64,000 bases of DNA from an uncultured virus (IMG/VR IMGVR_UViG_3300025466_000016). Taxonomy: Duplodnaviria; Heunggongvirae; Uroviricota; Caudoviricetes. The notes beneath the pieces were generated by a model, which was not told the origin of the DNA, ran no database searches, and saw only the letters and a list, made by a program, of their open reading frames with translations. Of the stretch, positions 55,852-64,000 are shown in pieces. The position numbers and the translations under genes are program-made. Each line of letters begins with the position of its first letter. Position 1 is the stretch's first letter. The stretch is from the IMG/VR virus record IMGVR_UViG_3300025466_000016. One strand, written 5' to 3'.

Positions 55852-58107
55852 TTACAACCTTTGATATGTAGTACTACTATTTGAATTAACACCAGAATTA
55901 GAACCATTCTGAATACTTTGTTGTACCGGCGTCACTGTACCGTTACTGGTACGCAATGTACCACTGGCAAATTGGTCAATTAAGTCGTGATTAATATATC
56001 TTGCCATGCTCAATACCTGCTCAAATACTCCATTGCTAAAGTGATTTTCAATGGTTATAATTCTATACTGACCACTGAATAAGCTAGGATACATACCTGG
56101 CGGAGGATATACTAAACCTTGATTGGAAATATCTAAATCTAAATCAATTGGCGTATTTAAAGTAATACCTACTACCACTTCTCCCCTGTCTGTAGGTATG
56201 TGGCCGTACTGTTGTGCATAATCATACGCACTCTGTGTGCCAGTGGCAAAGCCTGCGTATAGCCAATCGTCTTGTTTTAATAGTGTAGGATCGCCGACAA
56301 TTTTTAAATCTAAATTGATCATGTCGCCATTTAATCCGCTGAATACCGAATCCACTACGTCGGCCGCAACACGAGCTGGAGGGTTTCCTTCAATGCCGGT
56401 ATTAATAATATTAGGCTTGGTGGTAAAATTTCTAAATCTAGCCGGTGTTATATTTCTGGCTTGTCCAATTTGACTTATTACCGTTCCTAACGTACTTGGT
56501 GTTAGCATTGGAATATATAATGTTTCTTCGCTAGCATTAGCTGATGTATTTTTTGTCGCCTGTGTTGCTGCAAATATAGTATTATACTGTTGTAAGGCCG
56601 TATAATAAGTCATGTCAAATTTTAACTTAAAATCTAATACATCTATATTTTGACCAGTATAGATATAATTGTAATTTTTAATTGTGTAATTTCTACTGTC
56701 TGAAAACACAGGACCAGCTGGGTGTTCGCCCTTCCATGTTGTGTAGGGATCAATGTGATAAACGGCCTGCACTGGATATTGTCCTCTAACAGAATCAACG
56801 ACATTATTGTTTATAGTGCCTTTAATATCCATGCCGGCGTAGATAATCTGCGATGTTGTTTTGAATACCTTTAAGGGATTAGTTTGATCCCCAGTAGAGC
56901 TAGGCGATGCTGTTCCAATTCCCTGTGATGATGTCATAAAAGATGACTGAATCATAATTCTAGTAATAACATCAAGTATAGGAGTATTGTGTGGTATAGT
57001 AAAAGTCTTTTTGTCAAACTTTATACCTTGTACCCCAGGATTTGTTTGCTGTAGTGTAGCCTGATTAGGATCTACAATAGTAGCTGACGCAATTGATACT
57101 CCGTTGGTTGTAGTAGTATCACAGACAAATTTATAAGAATCTGCGTATTGTGCTGACCCATTGGTTATGTTGTTTTGAAAATAGTTATTTAATTTTTTAG
57201 CAAATTCATCAAAGAACTCTTGTACTGTGCCAGCGGTAATGGTAATATCTGTATAGGTATTGGCCATTTCTGGATAGTGTGTCCAACCACCAGATGATGT
57301 AAACTCAATATTATACTGTGCTCCTTTTTTGTCTATGTCTATGTCACATGACACTAGCTTGATAGGAAAACGTTTTCTGTATAATGCTGTTTTACTTGGT
57401 GGTATTTGTTGTCCCGCATCGTCGTAGCCAACAAAGTCTAATTGCAACATATATGGCTGTTGTGTATAGTTTATATACTTGGTGCCATCAAAGCCTGCAT
57501 CAACTAGGGTATCAATAAAAGTAACGCCGTATGGCTCAACGATCACTAACTTGCCATCTATCATATTACTACTACGACTAGTTTTATTAGGGCCAATTGT
57601 AGTTGTAAAACTTACTTCTTGTATGTTGTAATTTAATCCATAGTTACTAGAGTTCAGCGCAGGGCTTGGTACACGACGGTCAGGATATTTGCCTGAATCT
57701 TCAGCTACTACGTAACTCTTTGGCCCAGGTTCAACGGCCATTGCAGCTGCCGGATCTGTTGCCGACATAATTTTATTAAAGTCCGCAACATCCAACCACC
57801 ACATACTCCAGTTATATGTCCAGCTTGCAAACTGATGCATGGGATTTGGTAATAGACTAGTAATAGGAGGACGATCGTCTGTAATTGTAACAGTAGGTAA
57901 TGTGTCGCTTGATGCTCCCCCGGGTCCAGTTTCCCCAGTGTTACCGACACCATTGATCTCAATTGCCATTGGCGTGCCATTGGACGTTCCTACTGAATTA
58001 ACTTCGGCAGTGGCCTGAGCATCGGTCATTGTATCGGGGTGCCCGGGCTCAATTAATGCATTATAGTAATTAATCTGGGCTTGAGTCCAATTAGATTGAA
58101 TTGGCAT
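55852..58107 (-). CDS. baseplate hub protein (gp27-like by position)
   Basis: LKIVGDP and FSGQYRIITIENHFSNGVFEQVL C-terminal motifs; position before the spike. Confidence 0.65.
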   Translation of the reverse strand: MPIQSNWTQAQINYYNALIEPGHPDTMTDAQATAEVNSVGTSNGTPMAIEINGVGNTGETGPGGASSDTLPTVTITDDRPPITSLLPNPMHQFASWTYNWSMWWLDVADFNKIMSATDPAAAMAVEPGPKSYVVAEDSGKYPDRRVPSPALNSSNYGLNYNIQEVSFTTTIGPNKTSRSSNMIDGKLVIVEPYGVTFIDTLVDAGFDGTKYINYTQQPYMLQLDFVGYDDAGQQIPPSKTALYRKRFPIKLVSCDIDIDKKGAQYNIEFTSSGGWTHYPEMANTYTDITITAGTVQEFFDEFAKKLNNYFQNNITNGSAQYADSYKFVCDTTTTNGVSIASATIVDPNQATLQQTNPGVQGIKFDKKTFTIPHNTPILDVITRIMIQSSFMTSSQGIGTASPSSTGDQTNPLKVFKTTSQIIYAGMDIKGTINNNVVDSVRGQYPVQAVYHIDPYTTWKGEHPAGPVFSDSRNYTIKNYNYIYTGQNIDVLDFKLKFDMTYYTALQQYNTIFAATQATKNTSANASEETLYIPMLTPSTLGTVISQIGQARNITPARFRNFTTKPNIINTGIEGNPPARVAADVVDSVFSGLNGDMINLDLKIVGDPTLLKQDDWLYAGFATGTQSAYDYAQQYGHIPTDRGEVVVGITLNTPIDLDLDISNQGLVYPPPGMYPSLFSGQYRIITIENHFSNGVFEQVLSMARYINHDLIDQFASGTLRTSNGTVTPVQQSIQNGSNSGVNSNSSTTYQRL

Positions 58108-58108
58108 C

Positions 58109-58411
58109 TTAGATTCCTAGTGCGGAACGCACAGTAGCATATGATGGTACATAAATTACAGTACCTGTAGTAAAACTCATTAATGGGTCTAAAATAACAT
58201 TAGGATTACGTACAGCAAATATCCACCAAAGACCGGTGTCTTGATATATGTCGTGTGCTAATAGATCTGGTCGCATGTTATACGCTGGGTCAATTTGATA
58301 TACCGCATCGTCATTGGCCGCTGGTATTGTTGTACCGTTCCATACATCAAGAAACGGTCCCCAAGTTGGAGTATTATAATAAGGACTACTCTTAGAATAT
58401 TTCGCTGACAT
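58109..58411 (-). CDS. LysM-like baseplate protein (gp53-like)
   Basis: YNMRPDLLAHDIYQDTGLWWIFAVRN...GTVIYVP. Confidence 0.8.
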   Translation of the reverse strand: MSAKYSKSSPYYNTPTWGPFLDVWNGTTIPAANDDAVYQIDPAYNMRPDLLAHDIYQDTGLWWIFAVRNPNVILDPLMSFTTGTVIYVPSYATVRSALGI

Positions 58412-59400
58412 TATAGGAATCCGCCTGTTTTAAAGCCCTTAGCATAGCGACCATTTTGTGTTGCACCAAATGCACTGGCGCTGCCGTTTACGTTATTAAT
58501 TAATGCTCCACGAGCAAAATCATTAAGGCTAAAGTTCTGACTTTGACTTAATCGGCTATAGGTTGGTTGTAGCGTAACCGTTATCTGGCTAGTTGTTGGC
58601 AATCTTGTACTGTTTAATCGATAGTTTGTAAATTGCGGATTATAACCTGTGTTAGTTGCTGCTGGTTCGGGAATATCCATATAGTCCACGTTGTCTGGCA
58701 TAGTATGACTAAAACTTGTACAAACACAGGGTATATTAGGCAAGTAATATTCGCCATAGCCATTTAAGTAAACAATTGGAGGAGGATTTCCTGCGTTAGG
58801 ATCTGTGCCAAAGAACATTTTGGTAATGCTACGGAAAAAATAAATTGTTGCCAATAGGTACTGGCCTTCGTTTACGTTTTGAACTGAAAAGTCGCCGGTA
58901 ATTGTAATAGGCTGTACTTCTGAATTGTTATAAAAATACTGTGCATAGTTACTGTGCGTTAAACGCTGTGCTTCGTAGTTGGCTGTATGGGTGACTGTTA
59001 CTGTGGGAGTATACGGGAAAACAACACCAACTCTAGTAGCGCCGGCGCTGTTAAATAGACTGCTAATTTGTCCGGCTATCTGATTTACGCCACCGCCGGA
59101 TTCTTTAATCAATGGACTTAATAATGTATTATTTGAGTCATTGTAAAAATAATTGGCATTTGGTGCTAGACTAATGCGAACACGCCAGTCGGTATTAGCA
59201 TTAGGATATATAAATTGCGGGCTAGGGCCTGCTGTTTTGCTACTATACTGAAACATGTCAGCTACGTTTTGACGTGTGCTAGCATTACTAAGCCCAACAG
59301 ATCCTAGTGCGCTGCTGCCAATAGCCGCAGACACTTGAGACCCAAACGATGATCCGGATCCTGTAATCCCGGGCAATGCTGAATTTGGTAATACTGGCAT
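58411..59400 (-). CDS. tail tube initiator/baseplate protein (gp48/54-like by position)
   Basis: GVVFPYTP, GNPPPIVYLNGYG; first gene of the baseplate operon. Confidence 0.6.
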   Translation of the reverse strand: MPVLPNSALPGITGSGSSFGSQVSAAIGSSALGSVGLSNASTRQNVADMFQYSSKTAGPSPQFIYPNANTDWRVRISLAPNANYFYNDSNNTLLSPLIKESGGGVNQIAGQISSLFNSAGATRVGVVFPYTPTVTVTHTANYEAQRLTHSNYAQYFYNNSEVQPITITGDFSVQNVNEGQYLLATIYFFRSITKMFFGTDPNAGNPPPIVYLNGYGEYYLPNIPCVCTSFSHTMPDNVDYMDIPEPAATNTGYNPQFTNYRLNSTRLPTTSQITVTLQPTYSRLSQSQNFSLNDFARGALINNVNGSASAFGATQNGRYAKGFKTGGFL

Positions 59401-59420
59401 ATAAGTCCTATGTTAGTATA

Positions 59421-59430
59421 GTATTTATCG
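59421..59430 (-). promoter_or_regulatory. putative late promoter CGATAAATAC for the baseplate operon
   Basis: TAAATA core, 20 nt upstream of the ATG at 59400. Confidence 0.6.
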
Positions 59431-59505
59431 GGCGCATAAACGGCTCAGATAATGTTTGGTAATTTCAAAATTAGGTTGACCGTGCTAGATTAAATATGTT
59501 AGTAT

Positions 59506-60408
59506 GTGCTAACTTTAAAGGAAATAAAGGTGCGCCACAATTATCTTAATAACAAAGACATTCTCAAAGAAATTCATAAAAGTAAAACAACATATTGTTT
59601 ATACCTAAATCCAGCAGATTCCGAATACGATATAATTTTACCAGATGTAAGTAAAATTAATAAAAAGAACATAGCAGAGGGCCGTAAAAATCGTGCCGAA
59701 CGACTAACTAAGCTAGCACACGAAGCTGCTGTTGCGGCCGATGGTATTAAACGTAAGGTTGACGAATTTGAAGTTAAAGTCAAGGATGTGCCCGCAACTG
59801 ACGTAGTTTTCCGTATTATGACTTGGGATCATATTCCCGTAGACGACGTTAAATCAAGGAAAGCTGCGGTTAAGGCAATGGAAGAAGAAGACGGTCCAGT
59901 TCGTAGCGAATACGACGATGACGAGTTAGACATTGCCGGTAATACCAAATATGTTAAATGTAACTTCCCTCCGTTCCAACACTATAAAGTTGATGAAAAC
60001 AACACACCTATATGTGTAGGTAAAAGCCACTGGGTTGGTACATTAGAAAACGGCAAGTTTAGTCGCGAGCACGGTAAGATGACTCCTAAGCTAGCCCATA
60101 TGTTTATTAAGCTGTGTGAGCGTTATGCTACTCGCAGTAACTGGAGAGGATATACATACAATGACGAAATGCGTTCACAAGCCTTGCTACAACTCAGCCA
60201 AATTGGACTCCAATTCGACGAATCAAAATCGCAGAACCCTTTTGCGTATTATACTGCCGCTATCACTAATAGCTTTACTCGTGTCCTAAATATTGAAAAG
60301 CGTAATCAAAATTTACGTGATGATATTTTAGAAATGAATAACCTTACTCCAAGTTATACACGGCAGGGACAAAAAATTAGTACAAGTTCTGGCACTTACG
60401 ACGATTGA
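59506..60408 (+). CDS. gp55: late-transcription sigma factor, T4 gp55-like
   Basis: NYLNNKDIL.EI, RSNWRGYTYNDEM, FDESKSQNPFAYYT; directly upstream of gp47/gp46. The likely start is the GTG at 59530. Confidence 0.85.
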   Translation: MLTLKEIKVRHNYLNNKDILKEIHKSKTTYCLYLNPADSEYDIILPDVSKINKKNIAEGRKNRAERLTKLAHEAAVAADGIKRKVDEFEVKVKDVPATDVVFRIMTWDHIPVDDVKSRKAAVKAMEEEDGPVRSEYDDDELDIAGNTKYVKCNFPPFQHYKVDENNTPICVGKSHWVGTLENGKFSREHGKMTPKLAHMFIKLCERYATRSNWRGYTYNDEMRSQALLQLSQIGLQFDESKSQNPFAYYTAAITNSFTRVLNIEKRNQNLRDDILEMNNLTPSYTRQGQKISTSSGTYDD

Positions 60409-60420
60409 GCAAACAACCGT

Positions 60421-60449
60421 TTGCTTTTCGTTTGATAATTCTCTATACT
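60421..60449 (+). promoter_or_regulatory. sigma70-type promoter TTGCTT-N17-TATACT
   Basis: -35 at 60421-60426 and -10 at 60444-60449; ATG 8 nt downstream. Confidence 0.7.
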
Positions 60450-60457
60450 AAGATACT

Positions 60458-61474
60458 ATGACAAACCTTTTTAAGAAGGCGGCTATCTTTACTGACATCC
60501 ATTTTGGACTCAAGAGTAATAGTACGCTACACAACGAAGACTGTTTAAATTTTGTACGTTGGGCGACAGCCAAGGCCAAAGAAGAAGGGTGCGAAACTTG
60601 TTTGTTTCTAGGAGACTGGCATAATAATCGAGCAAGTCTTAACATCCTTACTTTAGGCTATAGCCTACGTGCATTGGAGCATTTAAATGAAAACTTTGAT
60701 CAAACATACTTTATTCCAGGCAACCACGATTTGTATTATCGCGATAAGCGTGATGTACAAAGTGTGGAGTGGGCCAAGCACTTATCTAATGTCCACATTT
60801 GTAACGATTGGACTACTATCGGCGACGTTACTATTGCTCCGTGGCTTGTTGGCGACGACCATAAGAAACTGAAAAAACTAAAAGGCAAGTATATGTTTGG
60901 GCACTTTGAGTTGCCCGGATATTTAATGAATGCCATGGTAGCTATGCCGGATCACGGTGAAATTACCGGCAATGATATGCAGGGATTTGAGCATGTGTTT
61001 ACCGGACATTTCCATAAACGACAAACACAACGTAATGTAACTTATATTGGTAATGCTTTCCCACACAACTATGCCGACGCCGGCGACGATGATCGTGGAC
61101 TAACTGTATTAGAATGGGGCAAGGCTCCTGTGTATCATTCCTGGCCCGATCAACCTATGTATCGTGTATTTCAATTGAGTGACGTATTAAAGCATACAGA
61201 GAAGATGCTCGTCCCAAATATGCACGTTAGAGTAAATCTAGACATTGATATTAGCTACGAAGAAGCTACGTTTATCAAAGAAACATTTATCGATACGTAT
61301 AAACTTAGAGAGATTACGCTAATTCCTGCCAAGGTAACAGATTTAACTGATTACGAAATACAAGGTAATATTGAATTTGAAAGCGTAGATCAAATTGTCT
61401 ATAGCCAATTAACCACAATCGACAGCAATCAATACAATCCAAACTTGCTGTTAGACATTTACCGCAATTTATGA
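60458..61474 (+). CDS. gp47: recombination nuclease, Mre11/SbcD-like (gp47)
   Basis: DIHFG, LGDWH, PGNHD, GHFE, TGHFH metallophosphoesterase motifs. Confidence 0.93.
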   Translation: MTNLFKKAAIFTDIHFGLKSNSTLHNEDCLNFVRWATAKAKEEGCETCLFLGDWHNNRASLNILTLGYSLRALEHLNENFDQTYFIPGNHDLYYRDKRDVQSVEWAKHLSNVHICNDWTTIGDVTIAPWLVGDDHKKLKKLKGKYMFGHFELPGYLMNAMVAMPDHGEITGNDMQGFEHVFTGHFHKRQTQRNVTYIGNAFPHNYADAGDDDRGLTVLEWGKAPVYHSWPDQPMYRVFQLSDVLKHTEKMLVPNMHVRVNLDIDISYEEATFIKETFIDTYKLREITLIPAKVTDLTDYEIQGNIEFESVDQIVYSQLTTIDSNQYNPNLLLDIYRNL

Positions 61475-62193
61475 AAATTTATGCAAACGGCTGTTCATAT
61501 ACCTATGGAGACGAATTAAAATCCCCCGGTACATCTGCATGGCCTGTGCTAGTTGCTAATAAATTTGGCGCCAGTTTAATTAATCAAGCTGTAAGCGGTG
61601 GAACAAACGAGCGTACTCTGTATCATACTGTAAAAAATATCAATCAAGATTTTGATTTATATCTAATTGCCTGGAGCGAATACAGTAGATTTACCTGTTA
61701 CAGGGCAGACAATAATGCCGAAGTTAATTTTAATATTCACCTAAAACATACCATGTACGAGCACGACCCCGCATATTCTACGTGGGGTAAAACTTATTAT
61801 ACAACATGGTATAATGAATTGTTTGCATTCAAATTATGGTTACAACAAATTATACAGCTACAGGCCTTGTTTGAAAAAAATCAAAAACAATATCTAATGA
61901 TCAATACTATGAGTAATCAGCTCGACCGCTGGTTGGTAGGCAAAGATGATTTTATTGCATCCGTTAATCGTATGATCAATGTTGACATTATGAATGATGA
62001 TCAAATATTTGCAGAGTGGCAAGAAATACAGTATTATGTAGAACAGATCGATACAACAAAATTTTACCAATGGAATCAATTCTTTATTAAAGAGCTATCA
62101 ACTAAATTTGAATGTGGTCCAAATACTCATATCCTGGAAAAGGGTCACGAGTATCTAGCTGATATAATTTATAAACACTTATGTTCAAAATAA
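61471..62193 (+). CDS. SGNH-fold protein
   Basis: NGCSYTYGDE...SGGTN...HILEKGH; paralog of the island SGNH genes. Confidence 0.75.
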   Translation: MKIYANGCSYTYGDELKSPGTSAWPVLVANKFGASLINQAVSGGTNERTLYHTVKNINQDFDLYLIAWSEYSRFTCYRADNNAEVNFNIHLKHTMYEHDPAYSTWGKTYYTTWYNELFAFKLWLQQIIQLQALFEKNQKQYLMINTMSNQLDRWLVGKDDFIASVNRMINVDIMNDDQIFAEWQEIQYYVEQIDTTKFYQWNQFFIKELSTKFECGPNTHILEKGHEYLADIIYKHLCSK

Positions 62194-63950
62194 AAACTTT
62201 GACCGTTAAAAACTTTATGAGCGTGGGTAATACTACCCAGGCTGTTAACTTTGACCGTAGCGACTTGACTTTAGTCTTAGGCGAAAACTTGGACTTAGGT
62301 GGTGATGACACTGGCGCACGTAACGGTACAGGCAAGACTACTATTATCAATGCTCTTAGCTTTGCACTATACGGCAATGCACTTACTAATATTAAGAAGG
62401 ATAACTTAATCAACAAAACTAATAGTAAAAATATGATGGTTACTATTGATTTTGAAAAGGACGGAGAGACCTATCGCATTGAGCGTGGGCGTAAGCCTGG
62501 TATTATGAAGTTCTTTGTTGGTGATAACGAAAAAGAAATCACCGATGATGCACAAGGTGACAGCAGAGAAACACAACAGGAAATTGAACGTATGCTAGGC
62601 ATGAGCCACGATATGTTCAAACACGTTGTAGCACTTAACACATACACAGAGCCGTTTTTAGCACTCAAGGCAAATGATCAGCGAACTATTATTGAACAGT
62701 TATTGGGAATTACCTTACTAAGCGAAAAGGCCGATAGATTAAAAGAATTAAATAAAGCCACTAAGGACGCAATTAGTCAAGAAGAATTCCGTATTAAAGC
62801 TGTAGGCGATGCTAACAAGCGTATCGAAGAACAAATTGAAAGCCTTAAGCGTAGGCAAGGCATATGGATTACAAAACATGAAGAAGAGATTAGCAAACTC
62901 CAAGATGCGATTGAAGAGCTACAGAAAATCGATATCGCGTCCGAGATTCAGGCACACCAAGCGTTTAAGACCTGGGACCAAACCCGAAAGGATATCAATG
63001 AGCTATCGTCGGCGATTAGTCGCACGAAATTGGACTTATCCCGTGAAGAAAAGACGATTGCTAAGATCACAGCAGAACTTGTTTCGTTGGAAAATCATAC
63101 GTGTCATACCTGCGGTCAAGAATTCCATGACGAAAAGCACCAACAGGTATTGGGATCAAAGCAGAGAGAATTGGATGGAGCAACGGAGTCAGCGAGTGCC
63201 CATGTTGCCACTTTGGCTGAACTACAGTCAGCTCACAATGGGCTGGGCAAACTAGGTCCGCGTCCCGAAACGTTTTATGATAAAGAATCTGATGCTATTC
63301 ATCATCAAGCTAGTGTTGACAATTTAATTAAACAGCTATCAGCCAAGGCAGAAGAATTAGATCCTTACGTAGAACAAATTGCTGAGATGCAAACACAAGG
63401 CTTAGAAGAAATTACATACGATGTGTTAAATGAACTATCAAATCTTAAAGACCATCAAGAATTTCTACTTAAACTATTAACAAACAAAGATTCGTTTATT
63501 CGTAAGCGTATCATCGATCAGAATTTAAGTTATTTAAATGCCCGCTTGGGACAATACCTGGATCGTATTGGATTACCACACACAGTTAAGTTTAACAACG
63601 ACTTATCTGTATCCATTACTGAGCTAGGTAGAGATTTAGACTTTGACAACCTATCACGGGGAGAACGTAACCGCTTAATCTTATCCTTAAGCTGGGCGTT
63701 CCGAGATGTTTGGGAAAGTTTATATCAGCCCATTAACTTGTTATTCATTGACGAGTTAGTAGACAGCGGTATGGATAGCTCGGGTGTTGAGAACTCCCTT
63801 GCTATCCTGAAAAAGATGAGTCGTGAAGCTAACAAATCAATTTGGTTAGTGTCACACAAGGATGAACTAGCGGGTCGTGTAAACAATACACTACACGTAG
63901 TTAAGGAAAATGGGTTTACTACCTACAACACGGACATAGATATTGTTTAA
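62181..63950 (+). CDS. gp46: recombination ATPase, Rad50/SbcC-like (gp46)
   Basis: KNFMS, NGTGKTT (Walker A), CHTCGQ zinc hook, LSRGE signature, LFIDE (Walker B), VSH. Confidence 0.95.
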   Translation: MFKIKTLTVKNFMSVGNTTQAVNFDRSDLTLVLGENLDLGGDDTGARNGTGKTTIINALSFALYGNALTNIKKDNLINKTNSKNMMVTIDFEKDGETYRIERGRKPGIMKFFVGDNEKEITDDAQGDSRETQQEIERMLGMSHDMFKHVVALNTYTEPFLALKANDQRTIIEQLLGITLLSEKADRLKELNKATKDAISQEEFRIKAVGDANKRIEEQIESLKRRQGIWITKHEEEISKLQDAIEELQKIDIASEIQAHQAFKTWDQTRKDINELSSAISRTKLDLSREEKTIAKITAELVSLENHTCHTCGQEFHDEKHQQVLGSKQRELDGATESASAHVATLAELQSAHNGLGKLGPRPETFYDKESDAIHHQASVDNLIKQLSAKAEELDPYVEQIAEMQTQGLEEITYDVLNELSNLKDHQEFLLKLLTNKDSFIRKRIIDQNLSYLNARLGQYLDRIGLPHTVKFNNDLSVSITELGRDLDFDNLSRGERNRLILSLSWAFRDVWESLYQPINLLFIDELVDSGMDSSGVENSLAILKKMSREANKSIWLVSHKDELAGRVNNTLHVVKENGFTTYNTDIDIV

Positions 63951-64000
63951 TAGAGATATTAAAATATTGCACCTCGAGCCAACTGATGTATGTCAGGCGG
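63943..64000 (+). CDS. 3'-truncated ORF, probable radical SAM protein start
   Basis: TTG-initiated LFNRDIKILHLEPTDVCQA..., resembling the lead-in to a CxxxCxxC motif; cut by the window edge. Confidence 0.45.
   Translation, partial: MFNRDIKILHLEPTDVCQA

Noticed and set aside
59401..59505. tRNA or structured ncRNA in intergenic gaps
   Set aside because: Gaps are at most ~105 nt and are explained by promoter motifs; no cloverleaf or T-loop signature was recognised.
62809..63255. 148-aa overlapping ORF within gp46
   Set aside because: Alternative frame of a coiled-coil region, with no RBS or recognisable motif.
1..64000. Stop-codon reassignment (TAG or TGA recoding seen in some large phages)
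   Set aside because: Genes are full-length in the standard code; TGA (ATGA overlaps) and TAG (e.g. 10434, 26034, 50230) end genes at sensible boundaries.

Overview
AT-rich, gene-dense fragment of a large T4-related (jumbo-type) myophage genome read in the standard genetic code. Left to right: small accessory ORFs including three tandem 'FGVEE' paralogs (1-4000); DHFR and thymidylate synthase; a ~24 kb tailoring-enzyme island (5377-29226); tail fibre and baseplate genes on the minus strand (29296-59400), including a 3866-aa structural protein; then a gp55-like late sigma factor and gp47/gp46 (Mre11/Rad50-like) genes. The island holds an NDP-sugar epimerase/dehydratase, a DegT aminotransferase, six glycosyltransferase-like proteins, an APS-kinase-like protein, a HIGH-motif nucleotidyltransferase, an O-carbamoyltransferase, three SGNH proteins, an AMP-dependent ligase and six radical SAM enzymes with an N-terminal SPASM/Twitch-like Cys domain. 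The main candidates for an undescribed system are (i) this radical-SAM/glycan-tailoring island next to the tail fibre genes, possibly decorating the virion, and (ii) a glycine-rich tail domain split over two genes around Cys-containing 'CFI-box-like' modules. All family assignments come from reading motifs by eye; no database searches were run.
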